From positions 1 through 56,484 of the forward strand of contig DITJ01000091.1 of assembly GCA_002422795.1 (NCBI GenBank): a stretch of 56,484 nt of DNA, in the 5' to 3' direction. This document shows, in pieces, positions 17,143 through 26,891 of this stretch (position 1 is its first letter; every line of letters begins with the position of its first letter). The stretch is from Alphaproteobacteria bacterium UBA6187 (GTDB lineage Bacteria > Pseudomonadota > Alphaproteobacteria > Rickettsiales > UBA6187). The position numbers and the translations under genes were made by a program. The notes under the pieces were generated by a model that saw only the letters and a program-made list of their open reading frames with translations, was not told the origin of the DNA and searched no databases.

Positions 17143-18879
17143 ATGCATAACCAGAAAAACCTTATCTTAGCAATTGTGACCTCATTGGCAATATTGCTAT
17201 TATGGCAGGTATTTTATGTAACACCACGCCTTGAGCAGGTGAAGAAACAACAGGAAATGGCCCTGAAAGCAGCTTCCGAGCATAAAGCTGCCATTGTGAA
17301 AGATACTGCTGATAAAGCAGAGGCTATAGTTAGCCGTGAAAGTGCAATATCCAGCAGCGTGAGGATAAAAATTGACGCTCCCCGTGTACATGGCTCCATT
17401 TCACTTAAAGGCGCAAGGTTTGATGATTTAACTTTAGCCAAATATAAAGTAACCCAAAAGCCGGATTCGCCAGAGGTTGCCCTGCTTGCACCAAGCAATA
17501 CAAAGGATTTATATTTCGCAGAATTCGGATGGGTGGCCGGGGATAGCTCCATTCCGGTTCCTGATTCAGATACAATCTGGCAAAGCCAGGATACAGTCCT
17601 GACGCAAGATAAGCCAATAACATTATTTTGGGATAATAATGAAGGGCTGAAATTCTATCTTACGATTGCTATTGATGAGAATTATATGTTCTCTGTAACC
17701 CGCAAAATAGAAAATTATGGGCAGGAAGCCTCTTCTGTATTGCCATACGGCATAATAAGCCGTACAGCCGATGCAGAGCACCAGACTTTTGCAATATTGC
17801 ACGAAGGCGCACTAGGTGTGTTTGAAGGGGTATTGCATGAAACCCGCTGGGCAGACATAAAAAGCAATAAGAAAGTTGAATTTAAGCAAAGCAGCAATGG
17901 CTGGTTAGGCTTTACTGATAAATACTGGATTACAGCAATTATTCCTGGCAAAGATAGCGAAGGAAAGAATAATATTTTTGACGGAAACTTCACCTATTAT
18001 ACAGCTAACGGCCAGGATCGCTTCCAGGCAGATTACCTTGGCCAGAAATATGATATAGCACCTGGCACAACAGTAAATGTTGAAAGCCGCTTCTTTGCTG
18101 GCGCAAAAGAAGTTAACCTGCTTGATTCTTATGCGAAATCTTTTGATATAACATTGTTTGACCGCGCAGTTGACTTCGGAAGCCTATATTTTATTACCAA
18201 GCCAATTTTTAAACTACTTGCATTATTCCACGCAATGGTTGGTAATTTCGGTGTAGCAATCTTGCTACTTACTGTAATTATAAAACTTATAATGTTCCCG
18301 CTTGCAAATAAATCTTACCGGAGCATGAACCAGCTGAAAAAATTACAGCCGCAAGTGAAGGAATTACAGGAACGCCACAAAGATGACAAATTAAAAGCCA
18401 ATAAATCCATAATGGAATTATACAAGACCGAAAAGGTTAACCCTATGTCTGGCTGTATGCCTATGCTGATACAGATTCCAGTATTCTTTGCATTATATAA
18501 GGTGTTGTTTGTTACGATTGAAATGCGTCATGCGCCATTCTTCGGTTGGATAAAAGATTTATCTGCACCAGACCCTACAACTTTATTTAACCTGTTCGGG
18601 CTTATTAACTTCACCCCTCCAACTATGCTGCATGTAGGCGCATGGCCAATTATTATGGCCTTCACCATGTATTTGCAGCAAAGCATGAACCCTGCCCCAT
18701 CTGACCCCGTTCAGGCAAAGGTAATGAAATTCCTGCCTTTGATATTCCTATTTATGTTTGCATCATTCCCTGCAGGGCTTGTAATTTACTGGGCATGGAA
18801 CAATATCCTTTCCGTTGCGCAACAATGGATGCTTATGAAGGAAAAGCCTGCGGGAAAGAAAATAGCAAAAAGTAAGTAG
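17143..18879 (+). CDS. yidC: Membrane protein insertase YidC
   Basis: 578 aa. N-terminal TM helix, large periplasmic domain, and a conserved C-terminal 5-TM core (PLANKSYRSM...GCMPMLIQIPVFFALY). Confidence 0.95.
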   Translation: MHNQKNLILAIVTSLAILLLWQVFYVTPRLEQVKKQQEMALKAASEHKAAIVKDTADKAEAIVSRESAISSSVRIKIDAPRVHGSISLKGARFDDLTLAKYKVTQKPDSPEVALLAPSNTKDLYFAEFGWVAGDSSIPVPDSDTIWQSQDTVLTQDKPITLFWDNNEGLKFYLTIAIDENYMFSVTRKIENYGQEASSVLPYGIISRTADAEHQTFAILHEGALGVFEGVLHETRWADIKSNKKVEFKQSSNGWLGFTDKYWITAIIPGKDSEGKNNIFDGNFTYYTANGQDRFQADYLGQKYDIAPGTTVNVESRFFAGAKEVNLLDSYAKSFDITLFDRAVDFGSLYFITKPIFKLLALFHAMVGNFGVAILLLTVIIKLIMFPLANKSYRSMNQLKKLQPQVKELQERHKDDKLKANKSIMELYKTEKVNPMSGCMPMLIQIPVFFALYKVLFVTIEMRHAPFFGWIKDLSAPDPTTLFNLFGLINFTPPTMLHVGAWPIIMAFTMYLQQSMNPAPSDPVQAKVMKFLPLIFLFMFASFPAGLVIYWAWNNILSVAQQWMLMKEKPAGKKIAKSK

Positions 18880-18898
18880 TAACTATATCTGTAAATAA

Positions 18899-20521
18899 CT
18901 ACAACCCAAACCCGCTGGTAATCGGGTATCGCCTGTCACGCCCGAATGCAAGTGCGGTAATTTTAGTTCCGGGGGCGGCCTGCTTTCTTTTATACTCGGA
19001 AAGCCTTACCATACGCGCTACTTTTTTAACAATATCCGGTGCAAAGCCGCTATGGGCAATATCTTCCGAAGATTGCCGCAGTTCTATCAGCCTGTGCAAT
19101 ATTTTATCCAATATTTCATAAGGCGGCAATGTGTCTTCATCCTTCTGGTCTGGTCTTAGCTCTGCAGTTGGGGCTTTTGTGATGATGTTTTCAGGTATCA
19201 CTGCGCTTTGCAGGTTGCGCCAGTGGCTTAAATGAAATACATCAGTTTTATATACATCTTTCAGTACATTAAACCCACCGCACATATCGCCATAAAGCGT
19301 TGCGTAACCTACCGCCATTTCAGATTTATTGCCGGTGGTTAGCACCATTTGCCCGAATTTATTGCTTATCGCCATTAAAATATCACCACGGATGCGCGAT
19401 TGCAGGTTTTCCTCGGTTGTGTCTGGCTTTGTATTTTTGAAACTATCGTGAAGGGTTGCAGAGAAACTATCCACAATATCCCTTATTGGAATATTCTCTA
19501 AATGCACGCCCAGCAAAGCAGCGCAATCCTGTGCATCCTGTAAACTTTCAGCAGATGTATATTTTGAAGGCATCATGATAAGGCGTACATTTCCTGCGCC
19601 CAGCGCATCAACTGCAATAGCGGCAGAAAGGGCGGAATCTATACCACCAGACATGCCGATTACCACCCCCGGAAAGCCATTTTTCTTTACATAATCAGTA
19701 AGGCTAAGGGTTAGTGCGTGATAAATAGCGGCATGTTTATCATACCCGATTGTAACTTCCCCAGGCTGGCAGTGCCATATATGGTTTTTGTGCCAGTACG
19801 ATATTGCCACATCTTCAGCAAAATGCGGCATAGTAAATAGAATATCGCCTTTTTCGGATAATATAAAAGAGCCGCCATCAAAAACCAGTTCATCCTGGCC
19901 GCCAATCTGGTTAAGATATATTATCGGCAAATCAGTATCTTCTACATTCTGCCGGGCGTGAAGCAGCCTTTTATTATGTTTATCCTGCTCAAAAGGTGAG
20001 GCATTAATGCTTATAAGTAGCTCTGCACCAAGATTTTTAAGGTGTGTGCTGGTGGTATCATTCCACATTTCCTCACAAATCAAAACACCAAGCTTTATTC
20101 CCCGAAATTCCAACGGCTCAGGCAGGCAGGCGGTGTGGAATATCCTTTTTTCGTCAAATACTCCATAATTTGGCAGGTCAGATTTACAGGAAATATGCTT
20201 TATCTCCCCGCCATCAAGTAGAATTGCTGCGTTATATAAATGCTCCCCTTCCCGCCACGGGCTGCCGATTAATATTGCTGTACCATTTTTTGTAAGCGGT
20301 TCTAATTTGCGTACTATTTCCATTGCTTTTTCCTGGAAATCTTTACGCAAAATTAAATCTTCCGGGGGGTAGCCAGTAACAGCAAGTTCTGAAAAAACCA
20401 CTAAATCGGCATGTTGTTCATGTGCATTTTTATGCGCAGCTACGATTTTATTATAATTGCCATCCAAATCACCAACGGTGAGGTTTAGCTGGGCAAGTGC
20501 TATAATCAGTTTTTTTTGCAT
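18899..20521 (-). CDS. nadE: Glutamine-dependent NAD+ synthetase
   Basis: N-terminal CN-hydrolase domain (IALAQLN...VFSELAVTGY...ICEEMW) plus an NAD-synthase domain (GMSGGIDSALSA). The tracked ORF begins at a TTG (20566). I prefer the ATG at MQKKLIIALAQ. Confidence 0.88.
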   Translation of the reverse strand: MQKKLIIALAQLNLTVGDLDGNYNKIVAAHKNAHEQHADLVVFSELAVTGYPPEDLILRKDFQEKAMEIVRKLEPLTKNGTAILIGSPWREGEHLYNAAILLDGGEIKHISCKSDLPNYGVFDEKRIFHTACLPEPLEFRGIKLGVLICEEMWNDTTSTHLKNLGAELLISINASPFEQDKHNKRLLHARQNVEDTDLPIIYLNQIGGQDELVFDGGSFILSEKGDILFTMPHFAEDVAISYWHKNHIWHCQPGEVTIGYDKHAAIYHALTLSLTDYVKKNGFPGVVIGMSGGIDSALSAAIAVDALGAGNVRLIMMPSKYTSAESLQDAQDCAALLGVHLENIPIRDIVDSFSATLHDSFKNTKPDTTEENLQSRIRGDILMAISNKFGQMVLTTGNKSEMAVGYATLYGDMCGGFNVLKDVYKTDVFHLSHWRNLQSAVIPENIITKAPTAELRPDQKDEDTLPPYEILDKILHRLIELRQSSEDIAHSGFAPDIVKKVARMVRLSEYKRKQAAPGTKITALAFGRDRRYPITSGFGL

Positions 20522-20620
20522 TACGCTTACTCTTGGGTTTTTCATTTCTCCAGTAACATAAGGCAATATAGAATTAAATGCACATAAAAATTAATAGTGA
20601 GTTAGCTGAAATTGTATTTC

Positions 20621-21460
20621 TCAATGCCTCTCAGCAAGCCCTTGCAAAGCTTCCCAATTAAAAATCCTGGTGCATTCTTCAGGTAGCTGGGGATATTTGC
20701 GCGGTTCTTTTTTACCTGATTTAGGTTCATCAGAAAACCACCATGCAAGTTCCCCGCCGCAACCATCACCTTCGGGAAGAGGAGACTGCATTTTGCAATC
20801 TTGATTACCCTCAGGGCATTTCAGCCTTACATGGAAATGGCTTGTATGACCCCACCATGGCCTGATTTTTTGCATCCACTTCTCGCCTTGGTAATCTTTG
20901 CATAATTCTTTTTTAATAACGGAGTTTATGAAAATCCTGTCCACCTCATCAAATGAGGCAGCAGTTTTAAGAATTTCCACGTTAGTTTCATTCCAATGTT
21001 GCTTGTTTATTTTTGTCCAGGTGGAATCGAGCATATTTGCCTGTTTTATCTTTCTGGCATTTTCAGATTCTTTTGCAGCGCGGAACCATATATCAACATC
21101 CAGCCCGGTCTGGTGGCTTTGGTGCAGGGAACTATTGATTGGCGCAGGGCCGCCGCGCGCATTGGCAATATCGCCTATTATAAGGGTGCGGCCTGTAATG
21201 CTATTAACTTTTTCTCCTAATTTGGAGATATAATTAATCATTTCAGGCTGGCCGTACTCGCGGTTATCCTTAACAGCCCCAAGCACATAACCTGCGCCAC
21301 TACCGGGAAGTTTTATTCCGCCATCCATGCAGCCAGCAGCGTATGCGCCATAAACTTTTGATGGGTTGTTGGTGGGCGTGCGTACATTGTGCCAGTCGAG
21401 CATTTGCGCTGAGGCAATATTGGGGATGATAACAATCAATAAAATTAAAATTCTTTTCAT
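20621..21460 (-). CDS. mepA: Penicillin-insensitive murein endopeptidase (peptidase M74)
   Basis: Signal peptide MKRILILLIVIIPNIASAQ, HQSHQTGLDVDIW and HFHVRL zinc-site motifs. Confidence 0.8.
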   Translation of the reverse strand: MKRILILLIVIIPNIASAQMLDWHNVRTPTNNPSKVYGAYAAGCMDGGIKLPGSGAGYVLGAVKDNREYGQPEMINYISKLGEKVNSITGRTLIIGDIANARGGPAPINSSLHQSHQTGLDVDIWFRAAKESENARKIKQANMLDSTWTKINKQHWNETNVEILKTAASFDEVDRIFINSVIKKELCKDYQGEKWMQKIRPWWGHTSHFHVRLKCPEGNQDCKMQSPLPEGDGCGGELAWWFSDEPKSGKKEPRKYPQLPEECTRIFNWEALQGLAERH

Positions 21461-21601
21461 GCTATAATCCAACATCTTAATTGCAATACCATTCATAACA
21501 TTGATATTTCAATATAATCCCTTAATTTGCGGTTGCAAGTATATATGTTTTTCGGATATAATTAAACGGTCCATGTATTGTAAATAAAATATTTTATTAT
21601 T

Positions 21602-21847
21602 ATGAATGCGCTTACTTTAAAAATTGATACATATAAAATGGCTCAAATCCTTAAAAGTAAGGGATTTACCAAAGAGCAAACTGATGGCATTATTGAGGTG
21701 GCACGTGAAATAGACATGGAATCTATAGTAACACGTGATTATCTTGATACAAAACTTACACTTCTTGAGCAGCGCCTCACCATTCGCCTTGGAAGCATGA
21801 TAATGGCTCTGGGTGCTATACTCGTTGCTATAAAATATCTTGGTTAG
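21602..21847 (+). CDS. DUF1640-like coiled-coil protein with C-terminal TM helix
   Basis: 81 aa. Paralogous to the ORF at 25178-25450, with the same layout: FDT/IDT, K.L...G..EEQA., a coiled coil, then a TM helix. Confidence 0.6.
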   Translation: MNALTLKIDTYKMAQILKSKGFTKEQTDGIIEVAREIDMESIVTRDYLDTKLTLLEQRLTIRLGSMIMALGAILVAIKYLG

Positions 21848-21884
21848 AATCTTCTTTCTTATAAGAAAACTTTTCGATATTATA

Positions 21885-21925
21885 TATACTCATCCTGACT
21901 CAAACTGACGATTAGAATGAGTATA
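21885..21925. mobile_element. Collapsed mini-copy of the MITE family
   Basis: tatactcatcctgactcaaactgacgattagaatgagtata: both termini are present and the ~120-bp interior is missing. Confidence 0.7.
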
Positions 21926-21949
21926 GTTTATTCCAACTAAGGTATAGTA

Positions 21950-23719
21950 ATGAGCAAAAAACCCGCCAAAATTCCAACCTGGAACCTTGCTGATCTTTAT
22001 AAATCAACAGATTGCCTTGAACTGAAAAACGATCTTAGTGAGACCACTGATTCGGTGCAACGGTTTGCCAATCTTTATAAGGGCAAAATAAAGCAACTTC
22101 ATGCTGATATGCTAGCGACAGCCATAAGCGAATATGAAGAAATCCATGATGTGCTGGGACGGCTTTCTTCCTTTGCTTATCTGCTTTATGCGGAAGATTT
22201 ATCAAAGCCGGAAAACACCGCTTTTTATCAGGATATTTCTGAAAAAGTAAATGCTATTTCCACTTCTATATTATTCTTTAGCCTTGAGATTAATAAAATC
22301 AGTGATAATGAGCTAAAAGAAAAATTAAACGCTTCAAAGAAATTACAGCATTACCAGCCGTGGCTGCGCGATATACGCGTTATGCGCCCTTACCAGCTTT
22401 CTGATGAAGTGGAGGAAATACTGCACGAAAAGAGCATCACCAGCCACCATAGCTGGAGCAGGTTTTTCGATGAAACCCTTGCTGGCCTTGAATTCCATGT
22501 AGGCAAGAAAACGCTCTCCACGGCAGAAGCCTTCCACATGCTTTCCTCACCAAAAGCGGATAAACGCGAAAAAGCTGCAAATGCCATTGGTAAGACCCTG
22601 AAAGCTAACATTAAAACCTTCACTTTCATAACCAACATACTTGCAAAAGATAAAGAAATTGAAGATAAAAAGCGCAATTTTCCACAACCAATTTCCGCGC
22701 GCAATTTAAGCAACCTTATTGAAGATGAAGTAACCGAGGCTTTAATAAGCACGGTGAAAGCCAATTATCCTGATCTTTCCCACCGTTATTATAAAATAAA
22801 AGCCAAATGGTTGGGCATGAAAAAGCTTAATTCTTGGGATAGGAACGCGCCAATTCCAGGTAAAAAGAACCAGGAAATTCCGTGGAAAAAAGCTGTGGAT
22901 ATCGTGCTTGAATCATATAATGATTTTTCACCCCAAATGGCAACTATCGGCAAACGGTTTTTTGATGAAAAATGGATTGATGGCGGTGTACGTAAAGGCA
23001 AGGAATCCGGGGCGTTTTCGCACCCTACCGTTCCTTCCGCTCATCCTTATATATTAATGAATTACCAGGGCAACACCAGAGATGTGATGACGCTTGCGCA
23101 TGAACTTGGCCACGGTGTACATCAGGTGCTGGCTGCAAAGCAAGGCGCGCTAATGTCTGATACCCCGCTTACACTCGCTGAAACCGCATCAGTATTTGGT
23201 GAGCAACTCACTTTCCGCAACCTGCTTGCGCGTGAGAAAAACGAAAAGCAACGCAAAATCATGATTGCCGGAAAAGTTGAAGATATGCTGAACACGGTTG
23301 TAAGGCAGGTGGCTTTCTGTGAATTTGAAAGGCGCGTGCATGATGCACGAAGAAGTGGTGAAATTCCCACTGCTGCCATAAGTAAAATCTGGATTGACGT
23401 GCAGAAAGAATCCCTTGGCTCTGCCATAAAATTTGAGGATGAATATAAATATTACTGGTCATACATTCCGCACTTTATCCACTCACCATTTTATGTTTAT
23501 GCTTATGCATTTGGTGAATGTTTAGTGAATTCGTTATATAAAGTTTACGAAGAAAAACCAGATGGCTTTGCAGAAAAATATATAAAAATGTTAGAGGCTG
23601 GTGGCACGCTACGCCATAAAGAACTGCTTGCACCATTTGGCCTGGATTCCAGCAACCCTGATTTCTGGCAAGGCGGGCTGGATGTGATTTCAGGGTTTAT
23701 TGATGAGCTTGAGGGGTAG
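21950..23719 (+). CDS. pepF: M3-family oligoendopeptidase F
   Basis: 589 aa with the HELGHGVH zinc motif in the expected position. Confidence 0.85.
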   Translation: MSKKPAKIPTWNLADLYKSTDCLELKNDLSETTDSVQRFANLYKGKIKQLHADMLATAISEYEEIHDVLGRLSSFAYLLYAEDLSKPENTAFYQDISEKVNAISTSILFFSLEINKISDNELKEKLNASKKLQHYQPWLRDIRVMRPYQLSDEVEEILHEKSITSHHSWSRFFDETLAGLEFHVGKKTLSTAEAFHMLSSPKADKREKAANAIGKTLKANIKTFTFITNILAKDKEIEDKKRNFPQPISARNLSNLIEDEVTEALISTVKANYPDLSHRYYKIKAKWLGMKKLNSWDRNAPIPGKKNQEIPWKKAVDIVLESYNDFSPQMATIGKRFFDEKWIDGGVRKGKESGAFSHPTVPSAHPYILMNYQGNTRDVMTLAHELGHGVHQVLAAKQGALMSDTPLTLAETASVFGEQLTFRNLLAREKNEKQRKIMIAGKVEDMLNTVVRQVAFCEFERRVHDARRSGEIPTAAISKIWIDVQKESLGSAIKFEDEYKYYWSYIPHFIHSPFYVYAYAFGECLVNSLYKVYEEKPDGFAEKYIKMLEAGGTLRHKELLAPFGLDSSNPDFWQGGLDVISGFIDELEG

Positions 23720-23958
23720 GCATAAATGTGCCATTAACCTGACAAATGGATTTATTGCATTATAATCCGAACATTAATAATTTAGACAGGTGATAATGTA
23801 ATGGCTACAATAAACTCTTCTGCGGCTATAAGCCCGGAAGTAATTATACTTAGAAAGATTTCCGCTTCTATTAAAGAAAATAATATCGAACAGTTTATCT
23901 CATACGTAGAGAATAACCCTACCATTGAATAGCGTCGCGATATCGCTACATATAATGC

Positions 23959-23986
23959 TTGACAATAGTAGCAAACAAGCTATAAT
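23959..23986 (+). promoter_or_regulatory. Near-consensus sigma70-type promoter upstream of the family-less ORF at 24027
   Basis: TTGACA, a 16-nt spacer, then TATAAT, ending ~40 nt upstream of the ATG, with an AAGGA ribosome-binding site in between. Confidence 0.5.
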
Positions 23987-24026
23987 TAAAAAATTAATAA
24001 CTACAATTTAATTAAGGAATTATAAT

Positions 24027-24593
24027 ATGCCTTCACATACAGAAATTCAAACTAAATTTTTGTCCGCAGCTGCAAGTGGCCGCGTTAATGGCCTGTTCAA
24101 AAAGGATACCACGGACGAAACGAATAGCATGGTAAGCATTCTTTGCCATAATCCGAAGGAAATTACTCCTGATATTAAGAATGAAGCAGTAGAACTATCT
24201 GTGTTCAAACCAAAGTCACTCTCTTTTTTATTGACTAACTTTCTAGGGGATATAACACCAAAAACCCTTGTTAAGACTTTGGAGCTTTTAAATACAGCTT
24301 ATAGTGGCAAGCCTGAGTTACAGGAACCAAATCGTCATTCTGGTATAGAGCATTATACAGATTACGGGTCTGCAAAAAGTATATTAACAGATGCCATAAT
24401 AAAAAAAGACGAGGCTATGGGGAGGAGTACGAAGCTGAAGCGCGACGCCATTGGTAACGCACCGGTTGGAAGCGAAGAATATATGCAATTTTCTGACCGA
24501 TGCTCTACGAAAGACTTAGCTATGAGAGAACTCAAAGAAACCTTCACTGAACGTTTAAATAGCCAGAGAGATTCTTCTGAACACTCAAGATAA
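24027..24593 (+). CDS. Hypothetical protein (no recognisable family)
   Basis: 188-aa ORF preceded by an AAGGA ribosome-binding site and a near-consensus sigma70-type promoter. No signal peptide and no recognisable motifs. Confidence 0.55.
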   Translation: MPSHTEIQTKFLSAAASGRVNGLFKKDTTDETNSMVSILCHNPKEITPDIKNEAVELSVFKPKSLSFLLTNFLGDITPKTLVKTLELLNTAYSGKPELQEPNRHSGIEHYTDYGSAKSILTDAIIKKDEAMGRSTKLKRDAIGNAPVGSEEYMQFSDRCSTKDLAMRELKETFTERLNSQRDSSEHSR

Positions 24594-24616
24594 TTAGCTT
24601 TGTTGCATTAATTCAC

Positions 24617-24641
24617 ATACCACCGGTAAAACCGGTGGTAT
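24617..24641. other. Perfect 11-bp hairpin between the ORF at 24027 and the IS200 relic
   Basis: ataccaccggt-aaa-accggtggtat with no flanking T-run. Could be a terminator or an IS200-type end hairpin. Confidence 0.4.
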
Positions 24642-24677
24642 AGTAGTGGACAGCTTAAAACGGTTCGGGCTAACGCC

Positions 24678-24830
24678 CTACAGATTAAACAAAACCATCT
24701 GATCAATGCGCTTATCCTCAGCCTTTTGGTTCTGGATATACTCCCTGATCACTTTTTCATCCCTACCAACAGTAGAAACAAAATATCCCCTTGCCCAGAG
24801 CTTGTGTCCAGTAGCATGTTCGCAAAGTAT
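24678..24830 (-). pseudogene. tnpA: C-terminal relic of an IS200/IS605-family Y1 transposase (TnpA)
   Basis: The minus-strand translation is ILCEHATGHKLWARGYFVSTVGRDEKVIREYIQNQKAEDKRIDQMVLFNL*. It matches the IS200 TnpA C-terminus (FWCRGYYVDTVG...IQDYIKHQLEEDKMGEQLSI). An in-frame stop lies directly upstream, and no N-terminal part is present. Confidence 0.7.
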
Positions 24831-24839
24831 CTACCAAAA

Positions 24840-25172
24840 CTATACAGCAAAGCTATTACCACAGCCGCATTTAGCCGTTGCGTTCGGGTTCTTTATTACA
24901 AACATAGCACTGCCTAATGTTTCCACATAATCAAGCACGCTACCTTTTACAAGCTCCAGCGATGTTTCATCCACGATTGCCTGGGCTCCATCTGTTGTAA
25001 AAATATGGTCATCATCATTCTTTGCGGCATCAAATTCAAATTTATACTGGAAACCTGAGCAGCCGCCGCCAAGTACGGAAATGCGCATACGCACGTTTTT
25101 ATCTTCCTCATCGGAGATAAGGAACTCTATGCGTTTAGCGGCATTTTGTGTTACGGCAAAATCTTGGGTCAT
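24840..25172 (-). CDS. erpA: Iron-sulfur cluster insertion protein (IscA/HesB family)
   Basis: 110 aa. GGGCSGFQY motif and C-terminal CGCGNSF. Confidence 0.9.
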   Translation of the reverse strand: MTQDFAVTQNAAKRIEFLISDEEDKNVRMRISVLGGGCSGFQYKFEFDAAKNDDDHIFTTDGAQAIVDETSLELVKGSVLDYVETLGSAMFVIKNPNATAKCGCGNSFAV

Positions 25173-25177
25173 TTTGA

Positions 25178-25450
25178 TTAATTGATAAACTTAATTAAGG
25201 CGACGATAAAACCAGCCTGAAGGAATAGGGAACCTAACATCCATTTGATAATATCTGCCTTATGACCATGCATTTCAGCCTGAAGCTTTAATTCAAGTTC
25301 ACGCAAATCGCCCTTTGTTGCGGCCATGCTAAGATCAGTCTCGCGTGTTTCTCGCACAAATTCAACTATGGATTCGGCCTGTTTTTCAGGAATGCCGTCC
25401 TTCATTAGTTTCTTAACAAAAAAATGTGTATCAAATGTTAATGTTGTCAT
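25178..25450 (-). CDS. DUF1640-like coiled-coil protein with C-terminal TM helix
   Basis: 90 aa. TFDTHFFVKKLMKDGIPEKQAE, then a coiled coil and a TM helix. Paralog of 21602-21847. Confidence 0.6.
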   Translation of the reverse strand: MTTLTFDTHFFVKKLMKDGIPEKQAESIVEFVRETRETDLSMAATKGDLRELELKLQAEMHGHKADIIKWMLGSLFLQAGFIVALIKFIN

Positions 25451-25576
25451 GGCAATTATTATATCTTTATCAGGCTATTATTGCAATTTAAAAAATCAAC
25501 AAACCTGCAAATTATCCTTTAACTTTTACACTAATGCCCTTATACTTTCCGCTATATTAAACATAAGGTTTTCCAA

Positions 25577-26839
25577 ATGGCAAAAGAACTATCCGTGAAT
25601 GATTTACAAAAAATGGTAAAAGTTCCACTTGAATATGAAATAAATACCGAACACCATAAGCGCGCATCTTATGCGTCCGACCCTGAAAAAAGCCGTGGCC
25701 GCCTACATAAGGAAGAAGGCAGTGTTACCAGGTCTGAGTTTCGGCGCGATTGCGACCGCATTATCCACTCAGCAGCATTCCGCCGCCTGGAATATAAAAC
25801 CCAAGTATTCGTAAACCATGAAGGCGACCATTACCGCACCCGCCTTACCCACAGTTTAGAAGTGGCGCAGATTGCGCGCTCTGTTAGCCGCAACCTTTGC
25901 CTGAATGAAGATTTAGCCGAGGCGATGGCACTGGCACATGATTTAGGCCACACACCATTTGGCCATGCCGGTGAAGATGCGCTGAATGACGCTTGCAAAG
26001 ATTTATGCGGGTTTGACCATAATGCGCAATCAATTAAAATTGTTACCAGCCTGGAACAGAAATATGCAGCCTTTAACGGCCTTAACCTTACGTGGGAATT
26101 ATTGGAAGGTCTTGCCAAGCATAATGGCCCACTAACAGGCGAGCGCCGCAATAAGGAATTATATGACGGCACAGTGCCGGAAGTTATTGAAGAATACAAC
26201 AAACTGCATAACCTGGAACTGGATAAATTCCCTTCTGCTGAAGCGCAGATTGCCTCAAATGCAGATGATATTGCCTATAACAACCACGATATAGATGATG
26301 GCCTTCGCGCTAAATTATTCAGCCTTGAAGATGTAAAAAAATTGCCTATGGTGGGCAATATTTTCCGCGAACTTACCAATGAATACCAGGGTTTGGATCA
26401 TGCAAGATTAGTGCATGAAGCCAACCGCCGCATGATTGGGCGTATGATTGTCGACCTCACCCGCCAAACATATAAAAACATCAAGGAATTTAATATCCAG
26501 ACTACGGATGACATCCGCGAATTAAGTATACCATTGGTTACATTCTCATCTGGCATGACTGAAAACATTAAAACCATAAAGCAATTCCTGAATGAAAATA
26601 TGTATAAACACTACAAGGTTTGCCGCATGACCAGCAAGGCAAAACGTGTTGTCGCTGATTTATTCAATATGCTTTATAACGAGCCAGAATGCCTGCCAAC
26701 TGAATGGCGCAATAAAGCCAAAGCTTCAAAAACCGATAAAGAACGCTCAGAAGTTGTGGCAGATTTCATCGCTGGCATGACTGACCGTTTTGCAATGGAC
26801 GAGCATAAAAAATTATTTGATTTAGAGTGCAGGTCTTAA
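25577..26839 (+). CDS. dgt: dGTP triphosphohydrolase-like HD-domain protein
   Basis: RSEFRRDCDRIIHSAAFRRL, HSLEVAQIARS and HDLGHTPFGH motifs. Confidence 0.9.
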   Translation: MAKELSVNDLQKMVKVPLEYEINTEHHKRASYASDPEKSRGRLHKEEGSVTRSEFRRDCDRIIHSAAFRRLEYKTQVFVNHEGDHYRTRLTHSLEVAQIARSVSRNLCLNEDLAEAMALAHDLGHTPFGHAGEDALNDACKDLCGFDHNAQSIKIVTSLEQKYAAFNGLNLTWELLEGLAKHNGPLTGERRNKELYDGTVPEVIEEYNKLHNLELDKFPSAEAQIASNADDIAYNNHDIDDGLRAKLFSLEDVKKLPMVGNIFRELTNEYQGLDHARLVHEANRRMIGRMIVDLTRQTYKNIKEFNIQTTDDIRELSIPLVTFSSGMTENIKTIKQFLNENMYKHYKVCRMTSKAKRVVADLFNMLYNEPECLPTEWRNKAKASKTDKERSEVVADFIAGMTDRFAMDEHKKLFDLECRS

Positions 26840-26863
26840 AATTTCTTCGATTTATACATAAAA

Positions 26864-26891
26864 GAACCTCTTCGTTTGAAGGGGTTTTTTT
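26864..26891 (+). terminator. Rho-independent terminator after dgt
   Basis: Stem gaacctcttc / gaaggggttt (one G-T pair), loop gttt, followed by a T-run. Confidence 0.7.

Noticed and set aside
23801-23932. 43-codon ORF (MATINSSAAISPEVIILRKISASIKENNIEQFISYVENNPTIE) upstream of the family-less ORF at 24027
   Set aside because: It is too short and has no motif. It could be a remnant of a decayed gene, but I cannot support that from the sequence alone.
24655-24685. ggttcgggc-containing stretch as a possible tRNA T-arm
   Set aside because: No acceptor, D-arm or anticodon-arm pairing can be built around it, and it overlaps the end of the IS200 relic.
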